DNA from: a virus
Length of the DNA: 64,000 nt
IMG/VR virus record: IMGVR_UViG_3300045988_155830
Span: 1-64,000 of that record
Reading direction: 5' to 3' (one strand)
Positions 25,416-35,820 of the stretch are shown here, piece by piece. The position numbers and the translations under genes were made by a program. The notes under the pieces are model-generated. The model was given only the letters and a program-made list of their open reading frames with translations, searched no databases and was not told where the DNA came from. Every line of letters starts with the position of its first letter. The stretch's first letter is position 1.

Positions 25416-26186
25416 ATGATTTATATAACAGGCGATACTCACGCAAATTTCAATAGATTTTCTACCAAGAATTTTCCTGAACAAAAGGAAATGACTAAAG
25501 ATGATTATATGATAATTTGTGGTGATTTTGGTGGAATTTGGAATTATCTTTATTCCGACAAAACAGAAACATATTGGTTAAAATGGCTTGAAGATAAACC
25601 ATTTACGATATTATTTGTTGATGGAAACCACGAGAATTTTGATAGATTGAGTAAAGAATTTAAGGTTGTTAATTATCACGGCGGTAAAGCTCATAGAATA
25701 CGCAGCAATATCTATCATCTTATGAGAGGTTATGTATTTGAATTTGAAGGCAAGAAATTCTTTACTTTTGGCGGAGCAAGTAGTCACGATATTCAAGACG
25801 GTATATTAAAAATTGAAGATTATTCAACATTGAGTGATTTGGTTAAGGATTATAATAAAAGAACCAGAGCAGGGCAAATGTTGAGAATTGACCACATATC
25901 TTGGTGGGAAAAGGAACTTCCATCATACTATGAAATGCAGAGAGGCAGACGGGAATTAGAAAAGGTAAATTATGAAGTCGATTATGTAATTACTCATTGT
26001 GCTCCTCAAGATATTGCTTCATATATTTCTCACGGATATTACAAACCTGATATTTTAACAATGTATCTTGGTGAAATAGCTCGTGAACTTAAATTTACCA
26101 AGTGGTATTTTGGTCATTATCATAATGAACAAGCCATTATGGATAAATTTATTCTTCACTATGATAAGATTGAGAGGATTATTTAA
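25416..26186 (+). CDS. metallophosphoesterase (calcineurin-like phosphatase superfamily)
   Basis: GDTHAN, GDFGG, GNHEN and GHYH motifs in the canonical order. Confidence 0.75.
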   Translation: MIYITGDTHANFNRFSTKNFPEQKEMTKDDYMIICGDFGGIWNYLYSDKTETYWLKWLEDKPFTILFVDGNHENFDRLSKEFKVVNYHGGKAHRIRSNIYHLMRGYVFEFEGKKFFTFGGASSHDIQDGILKIEDYSTLSDLVKDYNKRTRAGQMLRIDHISWWEKELPSYYEMQRGRRELEKVNYEVDYVITHCAPQDIASYISHGYYKPDILTMYLGEIARELKFTKWYFGHYHNEQAIMDKFILHYDKIERII

Positions 26187-26259
26187 TATGAAAAAGATTA
26201 TGTCAATGGGTTTAGTTATTACAATGACTTGTTTATGCTTTGGAGGAAATATATACTAA

Positions 26260-26625
26260 ATGACCGACATTGATTTTTATGTTCAATTTAGATTAGAGAT
26301 TGAACGAATGTATGCTCCTTATGTTCTAAATGAGTGTGAAACTATAAGAATTGAAGATGAAAAAACAAAAATAGGCATATTGCTTATCAAGGATAAATAT
26401 ATTGTAGGTCTGTATATTTTACCTGAATATAGACGGAAAGGCTATGGAAGAAAAGCAATTTTAGATTATGTATCAAAATATGGTATGTTAAAGGACTTAA
26501 CTATATTAAACTCAAACGAAACCGCCAAGTCTTTTTGGAATAACTTATTTGAGTTAGAAGTAATTAAAGAAAATTCCATAGATACCTATTATTCAATAAA
26601 ATCATTAAAATATAAAGAGGTATAA
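26260..26625 (+). CDS. GNAT-family N-acetyltransferase
   Basis: LYILPEYRRKGYGRKAIL matches the acetyl-CoA-binding motif (R/Q-x-x-G-x-G/A). Confidence 0.55.
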   Translation: MTDIDFYVQFRLEIERMYAPYVLNECETIRIEDEKTKIGILLIKDKYIVGLYILPEYRRKGYGRKAILDYVSKYGMLKDLTILNSNETAKSFWNNLFELEVIKENSIDTYYSIKSLKYKEV

Positions 26626-26627
26626 AA

Positions 26628-26792
26628 ATGAAAGTATTTTATCATTCAGACAATGATGTTGAATATAGAGTTAATGGGATAGAAACCTATAATAAATATA
26701 AAGGCCGAGTAGGTGAAACTGTAAACGCTACTATTGAAAAGAATAGTTATGATGATGGAACAGTTAAATATTCGGTTACTGCGTTGGAGTAA
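26628..26792 (+). CDS. 54-aa ORF whose first 10 codons duplicate the start of the DHH phosphoesterase gene (likely a gene remnant)
   Basis: 31-nt repeat atgaaagtattttatcattcaga(c/t)aatgatg at 26628 and 27098. Confidence 0.3.
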   Translation: MKVFYHSDNDVEYRVNGIETYNKYKGRVGETVNATIEKNSYDDGTVKYSVTALE

Positions 26793-26797
26793 CTAAT

Positions 26798-27088
26798 ATG
26801 AAAATTGCAAGGGCAGCTATTAAGTTTTTTGAATTAAATAACCCGAATAAAGAAAGAATTTATTTTGGTTGGAATCACGCAGAAATTTTTCAAAATATGA
26901 AAAATGATGGAATTATATATGATAGAACAAATTATGAAATGGGTTTCATAACCAACGAAAGACCAATTCATTTTGTTAATAGAACAGAAGCGGCTAAAAT
27001 TGCTTTTGAATCAGGACAGACCAAAGAATTACATAATGAATTGTTTTCCGAAGATTTTTGGAAAAACGGTCAATTTGATTATAGTTAG
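26798..27088 (+). CDS. hypothetical protein (96 aa)
   Basis: ORF with a start overlapping the upstream stop. Confidence 0.45.
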   Translation: MKIARAAIKFFELNNPNKERIYFGWNHAEIFQNMKNDGIIYDRTNYEMGFITNERPIHFVNRTEAAKIAFESGQTKELHNELFSEDFWKNGQFDYS

Positions 27089-27097
27089 GAGTGTTTT

Positions 27098-27979
27098 ATG
27101 AAAGTATTTTATCATTCAGATAATGATGGTAAATGTGCTGGTTATTGGGTAAAAACCTTAAATAAATTAACTGACAACTTTACCGATGAATATATCAAAA
27201 TAAATTATGGGATAGAATTCCCATTTGACTCTATTGGAAAGAATGAAATTGTATATATTGTAGATTATTCTATTTCTCCGGAAGAAATGGATAAGTTACT
27301 TGAAATTACGAGTAATGTCATTTGGATTGACCATCATAAATCAGCAATTGAAAAATATAAGAATTATGATAAAGATGTTAAAGGGTTAAGGTATGACGGG
27401 ATTGCTGGTTGTATGCTTACTTATTGTTATCTTTTTTTTCTTACTGATGGAGTTAAAGAATTTGAACCTGAAATGGTAGAGTCTGCTCCTTTATTTACAA
27501 AGTTAATTGCAGATTATGATGTTTGGACTTTTGAGTTTGGAGATAAGACAAGAAGATTTCAAAAAGGCTTTGAATTATATCCACACGAACCAGAGGATAA
27601 AATCTGGGATAATTTATGGAGCAATATATTCTGTGAATCAGATGAAATGAATCGGATTATAGAAGCAGGGAAGATAATTATTGAATATAGAAAATGTATG
27701 ATGGCAGAGTATTGTGAAAATAAGGGATTTGAAGCAAGTCTTGAAGATTATAAATGTTTTGCTATCAATATGGCTATGGTTAGTAGTGATGATTTTGTCA
27801 TTGATAATATAAACGATTATGATATTCTAATTGGATTCTCATATGATGGAGATAATTGGAATTATTCATTGCGTTCCACAAAGGTTGACTGTGCGGTGCT
27901 TGCTATGAAATATGGTGGTGGCGGTCATAAGGGTGCAGCAGGATTTAGTAGCCCCGACTTTGTGTTAAGAAAATTGTAA
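27098..27979 (+). CDS. DHH/DHHA1-family phosphoesterase (NrnA/RecJ-like)
   Basis: Motif I HSDNDG, motif III WIDHHKS, and DHHA1 GGGGHKGAAGF. Confidence 0.7.
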   Translation: MKVFYHSDNDGKCAGYWVKTLNKLTDNFTDEYIKINYGIEFPFDSIGKNEIVYIVDYSISPEEMDKLLEITSNVIWIDHHKSAIEKYKNYDKDVKGLRYDGIAGCMLTYCYLFFLTDGVKEFEPEMVESAPLFTKLIADYDVWTFEFGDKTRRFQKGFELYPHEPEDKIWDNLWSNIFCESDEMNRIIEAGKIIIEYRKCMMAEYCENKGFEASLEDYKCFAINMAMVSSDDFVIDNINDYDILIGFSYDGDNWNYSLRSTKVDCAVLAMKYGGGGHKGAAGFSSPDFVLRKL

Positions 27980-28140
27980 AGGAGGATTACCTATGGATTA
28001 GGCAAGTTTGAAGTTCTTTGTAAGCAAATCGTAATGGATTACGCAAATAAGCATTTAGACAAGAGTGATAATGCTGAAATTACAGAAAATGATGTTTATA
28101 TTGATTTAGAAAAATCATTTACAGAAAGCGAGGAATAGCA

Positions 28141-28359
28141 ATGGCTAAATATTGCAAGAAACCTGTTATTATTGAGGCATATCAGACCGACAAAGAAATG
28201 ATTATTCATACCCTTGAAGGCGATATGAAGGCAAGTATCGGTGATTATATTATCACAGGTGTAAACGGTGAGAAGTACCCGTGTAAACCCGATATTTTTA
28301 AGAAAACTTACGAGAAAGTAATTGATTTAGAAGAATTATTTACAGAAAGTGAGGAATAA
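28141..28359 (+). CDS. hypothetical protein (72 aa) whose C-terminal tail is duplicated
   Basis: Ends [12 protein letters not shown]; a 39-nt near-repeat of this tail sits at 28101-28139 (34-aa ORF ending [12 protein letters not shown]). Confidence 0.4.
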   Translation: MAKYCKKPVIIEAYQTDKEMIIHTLEGDMKASIGDYIITGVNGEKYPCKPDIFKKTYEKVIDLEELFTESEE

Positions 28360-28662
28360 TTATGATAAATGTAAATTTTATTGAACTTGCAGTATCAGCG
28401 GATTAAATATTGTTGCTGAAAGTGCAGATTTTGCACTTAAAGCGGTAAATATTTACTGCAATAAAAATGGTTACAGAATTAAAGAAAACTCACTGCCTGA
28501 TAGATTAGGTAGTTAAATGGTGTTTGTACCACAAGAAGAATGTATTGATTGTTCTGGTTATAGAGAAAATGTCTTATATACAAAGTCAGGCAAAGAAAAG
28601 ATTGCTTATTTTTGTCCGACTTATGGTAGAAAATTCCAGTAAATTTTACAAAGGAGGCAGGT

Positions 28663-29295
28663 TTGAGAGTAGCGAAAATCAAAGGATTGATTTGTTTAGT
28701 TACTGTGCTGGCTGTTATCAGTACAACAGCAATTATAGCAACAGATTCAGAGATTGAACAAAGCGAAAACCAATCCAAAGAAGAAAGTACAGCAATTGTA
28801 ACTACTCAATTAGTAACAGAAGTTACAACTACTAAAAAGGTCGAGGAAACCACAGAAGAAATAACAGAAGTAACAACGGAGCAGGTAACAGAAAAGCCGA
28901 CAGAAGTTACAACGGTTAAACCTACTACAACAGTTAAGCCGACAACAAAACCTGTGGAAACTACGAAACCAAAAGAAACAGAAGCACAAATAGAAAAATC
29001 AGAAACAAGTGAGGCTTTATATTCAGCTTCAAAATTTATGAATATGGGTGTCATTTATTGGAATGGATGGAGATGGACTTGGTATAGCGAAAGGGTTCTT
29101 CCTGGCGGTGGTTTGAATATTCCAGGCAGACACGCAGATTCAAGTGGTTACATTTGCGATGGGAATGATTATATTTGTTTATCTTCTTCATCTTTAAGCA
29201 AAGGTACAGTAATAGCAACGCCATTTGGTAAGAGTGGTAAAGTATATGATACCGGTTGCGCAAGTGATACCATAGATGTTTATGTAAATTGGTAA
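28663..29295 (+). CDS. secreted Thr/Pro-rich protein with a C-terminal 3D (MltA-like) domain; candidate peptidoglycan hydrolase
   Basis: Signal-peptide-like N-terminus; TTVKPTTKP repeats; C-terminal GTVIATPFGKSGKVYDTGCASDTIDVYV resembles the 3D domain. Confidence 0.45.
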   Translation: MRVAKIKGLICLVTVLAVISTTAIIATDSEIEQSENQSKEESTAIVTTQLVTEVTTTKKVEETTEEITEVTTEQVTEKPTEVTTVKPTTTVKPTTKPVETTKPKETEAQIEKSETSEALYSASKFMNMGVIYWNGWRWTWYSERVLPGGGLNIPGRHADSSGYICDGNDYICLSSSSLSKGTVIATPFGKSGKVYDTGCASDTIDVYVNW

Positions 29296-29330
29296 AATAA
29301 AGAATGATGACATAATAGGAGGTCGGTTAA

Positions 29331-29483
29331 ATGTTTTGGATAGGATTTGGAATAGGTGTAATAATTGGAGCAATACTCGGAATTATGTGTATGGCTTTAG
29401 TTACAGCTAATCATAGAAGTGAGAAAGATAATAAAGAACAAGTAATGTATTTTGCTATGCAAAAAGATAGGAATGAGTTTTAA
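29331..29483 (+). CDS. small transmembrane protein (50 aa), holin-like by position
   Basis: Strong RBS AGGAGG; a single hydrophobic helix followed by a charged tail; located immediately after the putative lysin. Confidence 0.4.
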   Translation: MFWIGFGIGVIIGAILGIMCMALVTANHRSEKDNKEQVMYFAMQKDRNEF

Positions 29484-29488
29484 CATAA

Positions 29489-29905
29489 ATGTTAAAAATG
29501 ACACAAGAAGAAGCACAAAAAGTTCTTGATAAGAGAAATGAAAATTTTCAAATTATTTCTTATAATGGAATGAGAAATAACAGTGAGGTCATATGTTTAC
29601 ATTGTGGTTCACAATTTAGCACTTCCATAGATAGTTTATTGAGAAAATCAGGTACTTCGTTTGGATGTAGTTATTGTAATTTTCAAAGAATAAAAGATAA
29701 GTTGCAAAACAATTCACTTGAATTTATTTCAAGAAATAAAGATAAAACTATAAATGTTAAATGTAAAAATTATAATCATATTATAACAAATAGAGCTTCT
29801 ATTCTTACAAATCCTAATTTAAGAGGTTTATATGATTTTATTAAAATAAATTCTATTCCTGCAATGAAAAGAAAATGGAATAGGTTGGAGGTGTTAAGTG
29901 TATGA
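29489..29905 (+). CDS. hypothetical Cys-rich protein
   Basis: CLHCGS...CSYCNF motifs. Confidence 0.45.
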   Translation: MLKMTQEEAQKVLDKRNENFQIISYNGMRNNSEVICLHCGSQFSTSIDSLLRKSGTSFGCSYCNFQRIKDKLQNNSLEFISRNKDKTINVKCKNYNHIITNRASILTNPNLRGLYDFIKINSIPAMKRKWNRLEVLSV

Positions 29906-30480
29906 GTCAGATGTATTTTATAGCTGACTTGCATTAGCATTTCAGCCACAAAAATTGTCTCTCATTTGACAATAGACCATTTAAGACGATTGAAGAACAC
30001 GATACTGAACTTATAAGACGATGGAACGAAACTGTCGGATTTGATGATGATGTATGGATTCTCGGAGATATTAGTTGGGGTAACATAACAAAGACTATTG
30101 AGGTATTCAGTCAATTAAATGGAAACAAACATCTTTGCATAGGAAACCACGATAGAAAACTACTTAAAAGCAAGAATATCAGAGACTTGTTCGTTGAAAT
30201 TGTTGATTACAAAGAATTCAAAATTAACGGCAATGACATTATTTTATCCCACTACCCTATACCTTGTTTTAACCGACACTATTATGGTGCTTACCATTTT
30301 TACGGACACGTTCATAATTCATTTGAGTGGAATATGATGCAGAGAGTTAAATATGAAATGGTTGCTCTCTACGACAAGCCCTGCAATATGTTTAATGTTG
30401 GTTGTATGATTCCTTATATGAATTATACGCCGAGAACATTTGAAGAAATAATTCATAGTGAGGATAAAGAAAATGTATGA
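29902..30480 (+). pseudogene. second metallophosphoesterase gene interrupted by a single in-frame TAG (29935-29937)
   Basis: ADLH-TAG-H...GDISWG...GNHD...GHVH motifs lie in one frame, broken only by the amber codon at the position where a Gly is expected. Confidence 0.5.
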
Positions 30481-30733
30481 TAGATGTGTGAGTTGCGGAG
30501 CTTATGTTCCCGAAGGTAGAATGGTTTGTCCGAGTTGTGAGGCAAAGGCTAAAGAGCAAACTATTAAAATAAGGAAAATGCCTTTATGGAGAAAGATTAT
30601 TGCTTTCTTTATGGGCATTATAATGTGTTTTACATTTGCCGCTTGCTCCAATATTTTCATTAAGAACAATGCTATATTGGCATTTAGTGTTTCAGAACAA
30701 TATGATGGCTGTGTTTATATAATAGCGGCATAA
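30458..30733 (+). CDS. hypothetical zinc-ribbon / transmembrane protein
   Basis: CVSCGAYVPEGRMVCPSC, then a hydrophobic segment. Confidence 0.45.
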   Translation: MRIKKMYDRCVSCGAYVPEGRMVCPSCEAKAKEQTIKIRKMPLWRKIIAFFMGIIMCFTFAACSNIFIKNNAILAFSVSEQYDGCVYIIAA

Positions 30734-30750
30734 ATATAAGGAGATAAAAT

Positions 30751-31338
30751 ATGAGCAAACCATATGATGTAGGTGCTATTTGTGGCAGATTTCAAACTTT
30801 TCATATCGGTCACGAATCACTTGTTGATACAGCGTTAAAACTGTGTGATAGGGTGTTAATTTTGGTCGGTTCTTCGCAGGAATGTGGAACAGAAAGAAAC
30901 CCACTAAACATTGACACAAGAATAAGAATGTTGAGAGCTATTTACGGTGATGATGGCTCAATTATTATTAAGGGTATTTCTGATTTAACAGATGAAAATG
31001 ATATTAGACCTGAATGGGGTCGATACTTACTTGATAATATTGACCGTTATATTTATAAGACACCTGAACTTATGATATACGGTAATGATGAAAGCCGGTC
31101 TCGATGGTTTGACCCAGATGATATTAAGGATGTTACAGAAATTATTGTAAGCCGTGGAAAAATACCTATTTCGGCTACACAAGTAAGAGCCTTAATGGTT
31201 GCCGATAATCGCAGAGAATGGCAAAAATGGGTTAATCCAAAATTACACAAGATGTATGACGAAATTCGGAGAGAGTTAATGAGTGTTCCATTTTACACTT
31301 CGGAAGAATACATTGAGTCTATAAAAGAGGTGATGTAA
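30751..31338 (+). CDS. NMN/NaMN adenylyltransferase-like nucleotidyltransferase (HIGH-motif family)
   Basis: ICGRFQTFHIGH matches the (H/T)xGH signature of archaeal-type NadM/cytidylyltransferases. Confidence 0.6.
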   Translation: MSKPYDVGAICGRFQTFHIGHESLVDTALKLCDRVLILVGSSQECGTERNPLNIDTRIRMLRAIYGDDGSIIIKGISDLTDENDIRPEWGRYLLDNIDRYIYKTPELMIYGNDESRSRWFDPDDIKDVTEIIVSRGKIPISATQVRALMVADNRREWQKWVNPKLHKMYDEIRRELMSVPFYTSEEYIESIKEVM

Positions 31339-31500
31339 ATGAATAGATTAACTTATAAATCACTTATGGGAGATTATGGTTCTGCAAAAGCATTTGAAGA
31401 TGAATATTCAGAAAAATGTGCATTGAGAAACGCCCTTGGAAAGTATGAAGATTTGGGTTATACGCCAGATGAATTAAAAAACATAATCAAACAGAGTTAG
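31339..31500 (+). CDS. hypothetical small protein (53 aa)
   Basis: Start overlaps the upstream stop (TAAATG). Confidence 0.3.
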   Translation: MNRLTYKSLMGDYGSAKAFEDEYSEKCALRNALGKYEDLGYTPDELKNIIKQS

Positions 31501-31540
31501 TGTGATATTGCACAATAAAAAGAAGTAGCAGAAAGATGAA

Positions 31541-32149
31541 ATGAAAGATATGGATAATATGGAAAATGAGGATAGTGTAGTTCTCGCCAAAGATATTGAC
31601 GATTGCTCAAAGTGTCCTTTGTATGAGAGTGAATGTCCGGGCGGATGGACTTCCGATGGTTCTGGCAATCCCATAGAACCACCTTGCACTTCTTGGAATT
31701 ACGATGACGAGATTTGGGATGGTATACTTGAAAGTCAGCGTATTGATTGGGAAGAATCGGAAGAACGTCAAAGAAAATATGAGAGAAGTATGAAAGCCAA
31801 ACGAGCCGCAGCAACCAGAAAGAAATACGCTCACTTGGATAGTAAATATACAAAATTCAAAGAATGGCTTCCAAAGTCACGATGGAATTTGATTATTACA
31901 TCTCGTAGGTTGAACAAAGTATATATGAGGACAATAGGTAAGCGTTCAGCAAACTATTGTTTCAATCTTGAAACAGAGAAATTTTGTGTAATAAGGGGCA
32001 GAATTAGCCTCGCTGACAAAAATGTAATAAATCAATTTGAAAATGATTTCAAAGAGATGTTCTATGGCAAGAGACCAAAAGACAGAGATTTTGTTAAGGA
32101 AAGACAAGAAGAAGTCAATAATATTTTCAAAAAATTTTTTCAGATTTGA
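31541..32149 (+). CDS. hypothetical protein
   Basis: 202-aa ORF; Cys-rich N-terminus. Confidence 0.45.
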   Translation: MKDMDNMENEDSVVLAKDIDDCSKCPLYESECPGGWTSDGSGNPIEPPCTSWNYDDEIWDGILESQRIDWEESEERQRKYERSMKAKRAAATRKKYAHLDSKYTKFKEWLPKSRWNLIITSRRLNKVYMRTIGKRSANYCFNLETEKFCVIRGRISLADKNVINQFENDFKEMFYGKRPKDRDFVKERQEEVNNIFKKFFQI

Positions 32150-32163
32150 AGGGAACAAAACAA

Positions 32164-32900
32164 TGGGTGAATTTGTAAAACCTAAAACAGAATATGTTGC
32201 AGACAAGAATTATGTTGAGAAACTTGTTAATGTTCATTTGAAAAAGGATTTACACGGAGATGAGGAAATTTGCCAAGTTTGTCACGGCACAGGACTTGTC
32301 ATTCGTGAAAATCCTTATGGATTAAGTGATGACCCTGACAAAAGCAGAATGTTTCCTTACTCTCATCAGACTTTGACTTTTTGTCCACATTGTTTTAATG
32401 GCATTATCCACCGTTGTAATCTTTGCGGTGGTATCATTAAGCGTGGATATACAAAACATAATTGTGAACAACAAAGGGAGTTAGACAGAAAGCAATTTTA
32501 TCAACGGAGAGCCAAAGAATTAAATGATGCAGAACTTGCACCATCCGAAATAATTAAAAATATGGAATGTTTCTTTTCTGACGAGTATGGAAGAAATGAC
32601 GGTTTCTTTATGGATTGGGATGATTTCTTTGAGTATTGGGCAGAAGAACACGAACCTTCAGATATAAGACCTGAATTTGTATGGTCAACCGAACCCGTTA
32701 AAATTAGTATTGATGCACAAGGAATAGTTGAAGATGCAACAGAGGATTTGTATGAAGATGCATTCTATGATATTCCAAGTGAAAAAATCATTGAATTACA
32801 GAATTACCTTAATAAATGGTGTAAAGAATGCGGAGTCGGTACAACATATTTTGAGGGTAAATATAAGGTAAGGATTCCGTGGGAGGATTATGATGAGTAA
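32164..32900 (+). CDS. hypothetical zinc-finger protein
   Basis: ATG 32164 with RBS AAGGGA; the track's 32037 start overlaps the previous gene; CQVCHGTG..CPHC..CNLCGG motifs. Confidence 0.5.
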
Positions 32901-33177
32901 AGTTATTGCCAGAAAAAGATACATAATCGTCCGTAATGGTACACATATAATGTGTGGACTTGCGAGACAATATTATTTCAAGCCTATTGATGATATAGGT
33001 GATACACAGATTAAGACTTATTCAAGTGAGAAAAAGGCTATTGCTGGTTTTGAAAGAAGTTGGCATCGTAAAATAGGTGATGAATACCAAGTTGTTGAGG
33101 TTGAGGAAGTTATTAAGGTAAAAGATGACTTACATTCGGGGGAGAGACCGATAGCGGTGAGCAATGGGAACAATTAA
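32890..33177 (+). CDS. hypothetical protein (95 aa)
   Basis: Start overlaps the upstream stop. Confidence 0.45.
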   Translation: MMSKVIARKRYIIVRNGTHIMCGLARQYYFKPIDDIGDTQIKTYSSEKKAIAGFERSWHRKIGDEYQVVEVEEVIKVKDDLHSGERPIAVSNGNN

Positions 33178-33201
33178 CACTGAATATTTGAGGATATAAT
33201 A

Positions 33202-35151
33202 ATGAATGAAAATAGAGTAGAGGAAGTTAAATCCCTCGTTAAAAAATTAAATAAGTACAGAGATGAATACTATAACAATAATAATAGTATCATTTCTGAC
33301 AGAGAGTATGATGAACTCTTTGATAAACTAATTGTTTTAGAACGAGAGACAGGATGTATATTCTCAAATTCACCGACACAATCTGTTGGTTATATGAGCT
33401 TGAGTCAGTTACAGAAAGTCAAACATAGCCATCCTTTATTATCTCTTGGTAAGACAACAGATATTGATGAGTTTATTAAGTATTTCGGCAACAAAGATTT
33501 TCTTATTATGGCAAAACTTGATGGGCTTACTTGCTCCTTGACATATGATAATGGTAAACTCATAAGAGCCGAAAGTCGTGGTGACGGTGAAACCGGAGAA
33601 GATATTACCCACAATGCCAAAGTATTTTCTAATCTTCCAACGGAAATTCCATTTAAGGGTAAACTCGAAATTGATGGCGAGTGTATTATTACTTATGATG
33701 AATTTGAACGTATTAAAGCAAAAGAAAATACGGAATATAAAAATCCACGAAATCTTGTAAGTGGTTCAGTACGTCAGTTGAATAGTGAAATTGCTGCAAA
33801 ACGGAATATCAAGTTTATAGCTTGGAGGCTTCACGAAGCAGAAAATGTTGATATTCAGTATCATTCTGAAGGTTTTGAATTTCTATCAAATCTTGGCTTT
33901 GATGTAGTACCTTATTATACCAATAGTTTTAATACTATTGAATGGATTAAAGATGAATGCGAAACCAAACAGATTCCGATTGATGGAATAGTAGGAATGT
34001 TTGATGATATTGAGTATGGAAATTCTCTTGGTAGAACAGGACATCACCCAAGACATTCTCTTGCATATAAATTCTATCAAGAGGAAAACGAAACGGTTTT
34101 GCTTAACATTGAGTGGTCAACGAGCAGAACTGGTCTTGTAAATCCTGTTGCAATTTTTGAGCCTGTCGAGATTGATGGGACTACTGTATCTCGTGCTACT
34201 CTTAACAATGTAAGTATCATCCAAGAGCTTGAACTTGGTATTGGTGATACTGTAACTGTTATTAAAGCAAATCAGATTATCCCGAAAATCACACAAAATC
34301 TTACAAGAAGTAATACATACCAAATACCTTCAGTATGCCCATCTTGTGGAAATCCTGTGACAATAAAGAATGATAATGGTAGAGAAATGCTTTACTGCAC
34401 AAACAGACATTGTAAAGCAATTCTTCACGATAAAATTTCAAACTATGCTACAAGGGAAGCAATGAATATTGTAGGTATATCAGAAGAAAGGTTACGCTCT
34501 CTTATGGATATGGGTTATATTACAAGTTTTGAGAGCCTTTATCACCTTAAAGATTATCGTAATGAAATTGCAAAAGCAAAAGGTTTTGGTGAATCAAGCA
34601 TTGATAAGATTATCAATGCTATTGAAGTTAGTAAAAAATGTCAGTTAATCAATATTATTGTTGCTATTGGTATTCCGGGAATTGGTAAATCAGCAGCAAG
34701 AACGATGGCTGAATATTGTGAAGAAACAGGAGCAGAAAATACATTTCAAGAGTTTATCAATCTTGCAATATTAGGATTTGATTGGAGTGCATTACAGGAA
34801 ATCGGACAGGCAACAAGTGATAATATCAATTCATATGTTGTAGATAATTATGAAGATATTCAACCTCTTGTTAATATTCTCCAAATTGAAAAACCACGAA
34901 AATCAGATTTAAGTCAGAGATACAAAGGTAAAACATTTTGTATTACAGGAAAATTAGTTGAATTTGATAACCGTAATGCTCTTGTGTATGATATTGAAAC
35001 AAAAGGTGGAACGGTAGTTTCTTCCGTGACTTCTAAAACACAATATTTAATTACAAATGATAAGACTTCTGGTAGTTCTAAAAATAAAGCTGCCGATAAG
35101 TATGGAACAAAGATTATTTCTGAACTTGAATATATAATGGGAAATTTCTAA
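33202..35151 (+). CDS. ligA: NAD+-dependent DNA ligase
   Basis: KxDG adenylation motif (IMAKLDGLT); Cys4 zinc finger CPSCGN..C..C; HhH and C-terminal BRCT-like regions; length 649 aa. Confidence 0.9.
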   Translation: MNENRVEEVKSLVKKLNKYRDEYYNNNNSIISDREYDELFDKLIVLERETGCIFSNSPTQSVGYMSLSQLQKVKHSHPLLSLGKTTDIDEFIKYFGNKDFLIMAKLDGLTCSLTYDNGKLIRAESRGDGETGEDITHNAKVFSNLPTEIPFKGKLEIDGECIITYDEFERIKAKENTEYKNPRNLVSGSVRQLNSEIAAKRNIKFIAWRLHEAENVDIQYHSEGFEFLSNLGFDVVPYYTNSFNTIEWIKDECETKQIPIDGIVGMFDDIEYGNSLGRTGHHPRHSLAYKFYQEENETVLLNIEWSTSRTGLVNPVAIFEPVEIDGTTVSRATLNNVSIIQELELGIGDTVTVIKANQIIPKITQNLTRSNTYQIPSVCPSCGNPVTIKNDNGREMLYCTNRHCKAILHDKISNYATREAMNIVGISEERLRSLMDMGYITSFESLYHLKDYRNEIAKAKGFGESSIDKIINAIEVSKKCQLINIIVAIGIPGIGKSAARTMAEYCEETGAENTFQEFINLAILGFDWSALQEIGQATSDNINSYVVDNYEDIQPLVNILQIEKPRKSDLSQRYKGKTFCITGKLVEFDNRNALVYDIETKGGTVVSSVTSKTQYLITNDKTSGSSKNKAADKYGTKIISELEYIMGNF

Positions 35152-35179
35152 AAATAAGAAATAATTTTGAGAAAAACGC

Positions 35180-35208
35180 TTGACATATACTAAATTCTAT
35201 GATATGCT
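35180..35208 (+). promoter_or_regulatory. sigma-70-type promoter TTGACA-17-TATGCT, preceded by the conserved intergenic motif
   Basis: TTGACA at 35180-35185 and TATGCT at 35203-35208. Confidence 0.45.
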
Positions 35209-35236
35209 TTAGATAAAGTTGAAAAGAGGTGAGAAT

Positions 35237-35509
35237 ATGAAAGCAAAAATTGAGCTATCAAATATTACTGCCGTTAAAAAGTTTACCGATATAGTAAGCA
35301 CAGTTGATTGTGATGTGCGACTCGTAGGCAAAGATGAAAATGGAAATGATTGGGATATATCCGCAAAGTCATTGCTTTGTTCTTTGATTATGGCACAGAG
35401 AGAACAGTCTGAAAGAGAGCATACTGCTCACGAAGTAGATTGGAATACAATATGGTGTGTTTGCGAAAAGGATATTTATTCGGCAATTAGCGAATTTGTT
35501 GTTACTTAA
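35237..35509 (+). CDS. hypothetical protein
   Basis: ORF from the track trimmed to ATG 35237 (GAGGTG RBS). Confidence 0.45.
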   Translation: MKAKIELSNITAVKKFTDIVSTVDCDVRLVGKDENGNDWDISAKSLLCSLIMAQREQSEREHTAHEVDWNTIWCVCEKDIYSAISEFVVT

Positions 35510-35820
35510 AAACATTATTGAGCAACACAAAATACATAAAATAGCATTTTTATTACTCATAATGTACCTTAAACTCCCTATATTGCTATTTTTATGATGA
35601 CTATAATTGTAATATTAGAGCAGACCAAACAACGATTGGAACAATAACTTCAACGATAGGTCATAGTGCTTTAAGGAATTCATATAAATTGATAGAAATG
35701 CAATAATTTTTTGTCATTAAGAAATAATATTGAGAAATACATAAAAGGAGAACTTATGGATTTATTGGTAATGAGTAATTATATAATTTGCAAACCATAT
35801 TCTTTTCCAAAGGAAGGATA

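Noticed and set aside
28806-29054. Minus-strand 82-aa ORF of Val/Thr repeats
   Set aside because: It is the antisense reading of the Thr/Pro-rich linker of the 28663-29295 protein.
29935-29937. Genome-wide TAG stop-codon reassignment (genetic code 15-type recoding)
   Set aside because: Only one in-frame TAG was found among about 100 genes read, and several genes end with TAG as a genuine stop (for example 9448, 48015, 52654). No CTA-anticodon tRNA was seen, so a local error or pseudogene is more parsimonious.
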